Origin: a bacterium
GTDB lineage: Bacteria; Bacillota; Clostridia; Christensenellales; Aristaeellaceae
Length of the DNA stretch: 21,489 nucleotides
Reading direction: 5' to 3'
NCBI GenBank assembly: GCA_963624325.1
Contig: CAVFPH010000023.1
Location: forward strand, 1-21,489
The notes below the pieces were generated by a model that worked only from the letters and a program-made list of their open reading frames with translations, was not told the origin of the DNA and did no database searches. Below, in pieces: positions 5,065 through 10,316 of this stretch (position 1 is its first letter; each line of letters starts with the position of its first letter). A program made the translations under genes and the position numbers.

Positions 5065-7554
5065 ATGAAGAAACTGTCTCTGTTTTTGGCAGTTGTTATG
5101 GTGCTGACCTCTATCGGTCTGACCGGACTTGCCGAAACCTCCCCCATCAAGGAAAGTGCTTCCGGTTTCTATTATATTGAAGCGGAAGGCGATCGTCCCC
5201 GTCTGAGCGCCGCATCTGCCGACAAGTTCATGCAGGTGGATGGCGAATGGTTCAAGGATATGAACGGCAACGGTGCCCTGGATGCTTATGAAGACTGGCG
5301 CCTGACCTCTGAAGAGCGCGTTGCGGATCTGCTGACCAAGATGAGCCTTGAGCAGAAGACCGGCACCCTGTCCTTCGGCGGTATCGGCGGCAAGAACGGC
5401 ATCACCGTTACCAACCTTTCCAAGGATGATTTATCCACCGGTCAGACCGGCGTGGCCTTCATCCAGCCCGACAGTGAGCAGATGAACAACGAGGCCGATC
5501 CCTACATCGTGGTGGACGGCGTTACCTATGCTCCTGTAGCATACCAGATCAAGACCATGTATGAGACCACCATGATCGCTGCCATGACCGGCATGCCCAA
5601 GGATCAGCTGGATGTTCTCAACAAGATCCAGTCCATCGCTGAGGATACCGAGCTGGGCATCCCCGTGGTGTTCTCCGGCGACCGCACCTACAACACCTGG
5701 GGCGGCATGATCGACGCTGCGCACTATGCCTTCGGCATTGCCCGTGACGAAGAGCTGCTCTACAACCTGTACAGCGAATACGCCAAGGAATCCGTAGCTC
5801 TCGGTTATCACCAGGTATTCCACGGCTATGGCAACGAGATCGGCTCCTTCTACGGCGATGATCCTAACTACATTGCCAAGATGTCCGCTCTGGAAACCCG
5901 CGCTTACGAAGATAACGGCTTCAACAGCCACTCCAAGCACTTCATCGCCCGCGGCGGCCGCAACAGCTATACTGCTGCCCGTTCTCCCGCTGACCTGATT
6001 GACAGCTGGATGATCGGTTGGAAGGCCGTTGTGGATGCCGGCACCCAATGGGTCATGACCAACAACAACGTTGGCCGCACTGAAGGCCTGCAGACCTACT
6101 TCGACAAGGAAACCTACAGCCTGCTGCGTGATGACCTTGGCTACAACGGCATCATCTGCCTTGACTGGCCGTTGTCCGCTTCTTCTCTGATGAGCAAGAC
6201 CGGCATCACGACCGATGGCATTGACATCTCCACCCTGACCCTGGGCGAGCGCTACACCCTGATCCTGGATGTAGGCATCGATATGTTCAGCTGCTATGGC
6301 GCCTGCAAGGGTGCGGAAATCAACGAAACGGATGATGGAATCGGCAACTGCTACCATCCCGATGCAATCATTGCCGAAATCGAGGCCGGCAAGTACACCG
6401 AGGAAGAGCTGGATGTACACGTTGCCCGCATCCTGAAGAACAAGTTTGACCTTGGCATTTTTGAGAACCCCTATCGTGACTGGGAAGAGGCTGTTGCCGT
6501 GATCGGCGAAGCCGCTGCCAATACCGAAACCATCCCCATGAACAACGAGGAAATCGACGCGCTGCGCCGTCCCGAAATCACCGCGATGGAAGAGCAGCTG
6601 ATGGTTGAGTCCACCATCCTGCTCAAGAATGACGACGTTCTGCCTCTGTCTGCCGACAAGAAGGTGTATGTTGATTCCACCGCCGATGCCAGCAAGGAAA
6701 AGCTGAGCGCTGCGTTCGCCGCAAGAGGCACGCTGGTCAGCTCCCTGGAAGAGGCTGATGTGTGCGTAATCGAAGTCTCCAGCTTCAATGATGCTTATGA
6801 ACTGATGATCGAAGATGCTCAGGATGCCGGTGTTGCCATCGTTACCGTTTTCGAAGGCACCAACTCCTCCGAGCCCGATCTGCAGGCCTTCATGGATGCC
6901 GATGCTTTGATTATGCAGACCTACCGCAACACCCCCGACCATGGTTCTTCCATCGGTTCCTTCTATCGCTACGTAACGCCTTCCGTCACCGTTGAAATGC
7001 TCTACGGCGAGAAGGAACCCACCGGCAAGACCCTGTTCGAACTGGCTTACAATACGGATGATGAGACCCTCTCTTGGGGCGAGCTGCAGGATGATATCGG
7101 CGTGGACAACAAGACCCGCCTGTACATGGCCATGCTGGCTAAGAACAACCCCACCATCGAAATGCCCAACAACCTGGGTGATGTGATTGTTACCACCGAT
7201 TACGGCATGAGCTACACCAACGTTCCCGACATCCAGCTGAGCCTGCTCACCCTGCCTCAGCATGTGGAAGCCGTTGAGGTTGAGTCCTATGGCTCCACCA
7301 GCACCCAGAACTCTGTTGTGAACACCAACCCCAAGGCCGGCGAGCCCTTCGAAATCAACTTCGTCGCCGAGAACAAGGGCAGCGGCGCCGGCATCATCAC
7401 CGTTGAGGTGAAGGATGGCGATTCCGTTATCGCTGAGAAGCTGGTTGGCCTGACCGAAGGTCAGTTCCGCGTGATCTCCATGGACATCGTTCTGGAGGCC
7501 GGTGAACATACCATCACGGTTGGCGATCTGAGCGCTACCATCGTGGTTGAATAA
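5065..7554 (+). CDS. Secreted glycoside hydrolase family 3-like protein with a C-terminal CARDB/Ig-like domain (paralog 1)
   Basis: - Sec signal peptide: MKKLSLFLAVVMVLTSIGLTGLA/ET.
- GH3 N-terminal hallmark: DWRLTSEERVADLLTKMSLEQK.
- KHF motif: SKHFIARGG.
- Candidate nucleophile motif: GIICLDW (the S/L-D-W position).
- Domain-2 motifs: STILLKNDDVLPL, ADVCVIEV and MLYGEKEPTGKTLFE.
- C-terminal NPKAGEPFEINFVAENKGSGAG...EHTITVGD resembles CARDB.
- RBS: AAAGGAG 9 nt upstream of the ATG. Confidence 0.85.
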   Translation: MKKLSLFLAVVMVLTSIGLTGLAETSPIKESASGFYYIEAEGDRPRLSAASADKFMQVDGEWFKDMNGNGALDAYEDWRLTSEERVADLLTKMSLEQKTGTLSFGGIGGKNGITVTNLSKDDLSTGQTGVAFIQPDSEQMNNEADPYIVVDGVTYAPVAYQIKTMYETTMIAAMTGMPKDQLDVLNKIQSIAEDTELGIPVVFSGDRTYNTWGGMIDAAHYAFGIARDEELLYNLYSEYAKESVALGYHQVFHGYGNEIGSFYGDDPNYIAKMSALETRAYEDNGFNSHSKHFIARGGRNSYTAARSPADLIDSWMIGWKAVVDAGTQWVMTNNNVGRTEGLQTYFDKETYSLLRDDLGYNGIICLDWPLSASSLMSKTGITTDGIDISTLTLGERYTLILDVGIDMFSCYGACKGAEINETDDGIGNCYHPDAIIAEIEAGKYTEEELDVHVARILKNKFDLGIFENPYRDWEEAVAVIGEAAANTETIPMNNEEIDALRRPEITAMEEQLMVESTILLKNDDVLPLSADKKVYVDSTADASKEKLSAAFAARGTLVSSLEEADVCVIEVSSFNDAYELMIEDAQDAGVAIVTVFEGTNSSEPDLQAFMDADALIMQTYRNTPDHGSSIGSFYRYVTPSVTVEMLYGEKEPTGKTLFELAYNTDDETLSWGELQDDIGVDNKTRLYMAMLAKNNPTIEMPNNLGDVIVTTDYGMSYTNVPDIQLSLLTLPQHVEAVEVESYGSTSTQNSVVNTNPKAGEPFEINFVAENKGSGAGIITVEVKDGDSVIAEKLVGLTEGQFRVISMDIVLEAGEHTITVGDLSATIVVE

Positions 7555-7573
7555 TCAAAACACTTATGCGAAA

Positions 7574-7606
7574 CCGGGAGGCGACGAAAGCCGCCTCCCG
7601 GCTTTC
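7574..7606 (+). terminator. Hairpin terminator after GH3 paralog 1, probably leaky because the U-tract is weak
   Basis: CCGGGAGGCG-acgaaagc-CGCCTCCCGG, a perfect 10-bp stem, is followed only by CTTTCAC. The next gene starts 24 nt later and has no recognisable promoter of its own. Confidence 0.5.
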
Positions 7607-7629
7607 ACTATGAAAAGCGGTGATTCAAG

Positions 7630-9069
7630 GTGAAGAGAATTCTTCGGTTAACGGTGCTTTTGCTCCTATTGCTGGTTCTGCCGCTTCTTGCCGATGCGGA
7701 GGTTTATACTCTTTCGCCGGACGGCATGAGCATCACCGATGCACTGTCACAGTGCGCCGACGGCGATATCATTGAACTGGGGGACGGCACCTATTCGGAT
7801 GCGCGGGAGACCTTCCCGCTGATCATCAACAAGAGCATCACGCTTCGGGCTGCGGAGGGCGCATTGCCTGTTATCGATGCCCCCGCTTTCAAGGCGGCAA
7901 TCCGCATTGAAGCGGACAATGTTGTGCTGCGGGGACTGGATATTCGTTTCCGCCGTACGGGGCTTTATGCCATCGGCGATGATATGCTGGTAGAAAATTG
8001 CAGCATATCCCTGGCGGATGAAGCCTGGCGCACATCCTCCTGCGGCATGTGGTGCGGCGGCATTTATCGGATGACGGTACGGGATTGTGCCTTCACCGGC
8101 TGCGGCATTTCCCTGGCAGGGCCTCCGCTTTCCGAAACCAGCAAGGGCAAGCCCGTGCTGACCGGCCTTTTTGAGGTAGGCGAGGACGTTGCCTATTTTA
8201 CCAGCCATACCATTGAAAACACGATGGTGAACGGCAAGCCGCTTTTCTATGCGGTTTCGCAGGAAACAGTGGAAGTTCCCGAAAATGCGGGCGAAGTGAT
8301 TTGCTGCGACTGCGATGAAGTCATCATCCGCAATGCGGATGTTTCGGACTGTTCCATGGGCATGGTGCTTACCTATAATCATCATGTCACCATTGAAAAC
8401 AGCCGTGCCGACCGCTGCGGCGTATTTGGCATCTATGTGGCCAAGTGCGACAGCGGCTTGCTGGAAGGGTGCTCCTCTTCTCAGACCAACCATGGCCTGG
8501 ATATCCGCGCAAGTCAGCACATCCTGCTGAAAGAGTGCGTTGCGACCGATTGCGATCAGGGGCTGTTCTTTTCCTTCATTAATGACAGCGCCATGATTGA
8601 CTGCACGGTATCGGGCACGGGGCAAGGATACTTTATGGCTTGCGGCAGCGGAAATGTGCTGCAGAACTGCAGCGCGATCAACTGCGAAAACGGCTTCAAC
8701 CTGCAAAAGGAAGGCCATGTGCTGATGAACGGTTGCACGATTACGGACTGTACCGTGTGCGGCGTGCGCCTGGATGCTACGCCCGTATCCTTCACCGACA
8801 ACACGATGAAGAACAACTGGGTGGCCGTGATGGCATACGGGAATGTTTCCTTTGATATTGCGGATAACCTGTTTGAAGGCAGCCGCTGCTGCGCCCTGTA
8901 CCTGCGCGATATTGCCTTCAGCCGTTTCAGCGGCAATACCTTTACCGGCAGCGCAAAGACGAGCGTTGAAATCAACGGCACACTCAGCGGCAGCGTCTGG
9001 GTGAAGAACACATTGGATCTGCCGATGGATGAAAGCAAGGCCTCCGACAGCTTCGGTCTGACCGATTAA
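7630..9069 (+). CDS. Secreted right-handed parallel beta-helix (PbH1) repeat protein, cysteine-rich
   Basis: GTG start followed by the signal peptide KRILRLTVLLLLLLVLPLLADA/EV. The upstream GGTGAT matches the 3' part of an extended SD. About 10 consecutive 22-23-residue repeats of the PbH1 type are present, for example ECVATDCDQGLFFSFINDSAMI, NCSAINCENGFNLQKEGHVLMN and GCTITDCTVCGVRLDATPVSFT. Confidence 0.7.
   Translation: MKRILRLTVLLLLLLVLPLLADAEVYTLSPDGMSITDALSQCADGDIIELGDGTYSDARETFPLIINKSITLRAAEGALPVIDAPAFKAAIRIEADNVVLRGLDIRFRRTGLYAIGDDMLVENCSISLADEAWRTSSCGMWCGGIYRMTVRDCAFTGCGISLAGPPLSETSKGKPVLTGLFEVGEDVAYFTSHTIENTMVNGKPLFYAVSQETVEVPENAGEVICCDCDEVIIRNADVSDCSMGMVLTYNHHVTIENSRADRCGVFGIYVAKCDSGLLEGCSSSQTNHGLDIRASQHILLKECVATDCDQGLFFSFINDSAMIDCTVSGTGQGYFMACGSGNVLQNCSAINCENGFNLQKEGHVLMNGCTITDCTVCGVRLDATPVSFTDNTMKNNWVAVMAYGNVSFDIADNLFEGSRCCALYLRDIAFSRFSGNTFTGSAKTSVEINGTLSGSVWVKNTLDLPMDESKASDSFGLTD
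8332..9003 (+). repeat. Degenerate tandem coding repeats of about 66 nt (22-23 aa PbH1 coils) inside the beta-helix gene
   Basis: Repeat units start at residues 235, 257, 280, 302, 324, 346, 368, 390, 412 and 435. Recurring features are [DNG]-C at positions 1-2, Cys at position 7 and Gly at about position 10. Confidence 0.65.
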
Positions 9070-9115
9070 GTGCCTCTGTTTTGGATTTTCCAACGATCTG
9101 TGTGTAAATATCCTG

Positions 9116-9143
9116 TTTACAGTTGCCGAAAATCTGGTATGAT
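9116..9143 (+). promoter_or_regulatory. Candidate promoter of the CBM9-like gene
   Basis: TTTACA (9116-9121), a 16-nt spacer, then TGgTATGAT with an extended -10 (hexamer at 9138-9143). Confidence 0.55.
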
Positions 9144-9203
9144 AGTAGTGTCGAAAAGAGGCATGCGGGGGCATAGTGCCCTTGCTGATGAAAGGAGAAA
9201 GCT

Positions 9204-9992
9204 ATGAAAAAGCTGATTAAGATCATTGCCGTTGCGTTGGCTGTGCTGACGCTGGCCGTTCCCGCCATGGCGGAGACCGCCGCCCGTCCCAACATTACCG
9301 CACACAAGGCCAACAACATTGTCATCGACGGCAGCCTGGAGGATTGGAACCTGGATTCCCCCGCTGTTGTGGAGGACGCCTCTCAGGTCATCCGTGATCT
9401 CGTTTTCTGGCAGGGTGCCAATGACTGCTCCGCCAAGTTCTATCTGTCCTGGGATGAAGAGAACCTCTACATCGCCGCGGATGTAACCGAGGATACCCCG
9501 CTGGGCGCTATCGAGATGCTGGAAATCGACGGCGAAGACAACCTGAAGCTGTACATCTCCACCGATCCGACCGCCGATCCCGAGCGTACGGAATATGCTA
9601 CCAATGACTTCCTGGTATACTTTATCATGGATGAAGGCTATTGGGATACCGCTGTTGACCGCTCTATGCTGCCCAACAAGGACGTGCGTCAGCGCTATGT
9701 CAGCATGGGTATGGACGGCGGCGAAAGCGTGCTGGACGGCTATCAGTGTGCCGTGCAGATGACCGCCACCGGCTTCACATGGGAAGCTATTGTTCCTTGG
9801 ACCTGTTTCTCTAACAAGAAGATCGCCGTGTACACTCCTGCCGTTGGTGATACCCTGAGCTGCGATTTCGCTATCACCGATATCAGCTACCCCTGCCCCG
9901 GCACGGAATACATTCCGCAGATGGCATGGACCGGCACCCAGAAGATCAACAGCAATCCCAGCGAGTGGGGTTCTGTAACTTTGGCGGAATAA
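9204..9992 (+). CDS. Secreted carbohydrate-binding protein, CBM9-like/DOMON-like single-domain protein
   Basis: Signal peptide MKKLIKIIAVALAVLTLAVPAMA/ET. IDGSLEDWNLDSP...AKFYLSWDEENLYIAADVTEDTP matches the IDG-x-x-x-EW...DxxxLY-x-A motif of family-9-like carbohydrate-binding modules. No catalytic motif is recognisable. RBS AAAGGAGAAA. Confidence 0.55.
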   Translation: MKKLIKIIAVALAVLTLAVPAMAETAARPNITAHKANNIVIDGSLEDWNLDSPAVVEDASQVIRDLVFWQGANDCSAKFYLSWDEENLYIAADVTEDTPLGAIEMLEIDGEDNLKLYISTDPTADPERTEYATNDFLVYFIMDEGYWDTAVDRSMLPNKDVRQRYVSMGMDGGESVLDGYQCAVQMTATGFTWEAIVPWTCFSNKKIAVYTPAVGDTLSCDFAITDISYPCPGTEYIPQMAWTGTQKINSNPSEWGSVTLAE

Positions 9993-10013
9993 TCATAAAA
10001 TCGTACTTTCCTG

Positions 10014-10045
10014 CGGACGGGTCAACTTGGCCCGTCCGTTTTTTT
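10014..10045 (+). terminator. Rho-independent terminator after the CBM9-like gene
   Basis: CGGACGGG-tcaacttgg-CCCGTCCG followed by T7. Confidence 0.85.
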
Positions 10046-10191
10046 GCGAAAAATCGAGGCATGTTTACAAATTGTACACATTTGTCTGCATTGACGCGGA
10101 AAAGTGTCGTTTTTTTCACCTTCGGTTATCGATTTTGCAATTTTGTTTTTCCTGTATTAAAAACTGCCATTATATGTGCAGCCTTTTCCTG

Positions 10192-10219
10192 TTTACAATG
10201 TAAAACAATGTGATAGAGT
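10192..10219 (+). promoter_or_regulatory. Candidate promoter of GH3 paralog 2
   Basis: TTTACA (10192-10197), a 16-nt spacer, then TGaTAGAGT with an extended -10 (hexamer at 10214-10219). The -35 is preceded by TTTTCCTG. Confidence 0.5.
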
Positions 10220-10316
10220 GTAGGCAGAAGAATCTGCATGCGGCAAGTCTCCTGTTCGGGAAACGGAGAAAATGCGTTAAAGTGCAGATCGTTCACGCAT
10301 GAAAGGAGAAACACAC

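Noticed and set aside
5431-7509. A 692-aa minus-strand ORF antisense to GH3 paralog 1. A matching 690-aa antisense ORF lies at 10293-12365 inside paralog 2, and a 475-aa one at 7747-9174 lies antisense to the beta-helix gene.
   Set aside because: These are shadow ORFs produced by the strong G/C third-position bias of the sense genes, which removes stop codons from the opposite strand. Their translations are low-complexity (G/V/H/A/D/L-rich), have no recognisable motifs, and lack an RBS and signal features. The sense frames, in contrast, carry clear GH3/PbH1 motifs and signal peptides. That both paralogs show one is expected from their shared codon bias and is not evidence of a conserved antisense gene.
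7610-7633. A seven-codon uORF (MKSGDSR) whose TGA overlaps the GTG start of the beta-helix gene.
   Set aside because: No Shine-Dalgarno sequence precedes its ATG. The GGTGAT inside it is more simply the SD for the GTG start. A 7-codon ORF of this kind is expected by chance.
10067-10085. An apparent 19-bp palindrome, ACAAATTGTACACATTTGT, in the long intergenic region upstream of GH3-2.
   Set aside because: On re-indexing, only the outer 6 bp pair (ACAAAT-N7-ATTTGT). The centre is merely the 6-bp TGTACA. A 6-bp inverted repeat in AT-rich DNA is not significant on its own. I kept only the adjacent TGTTTACA copy as supporting detail for the shared promoter box.
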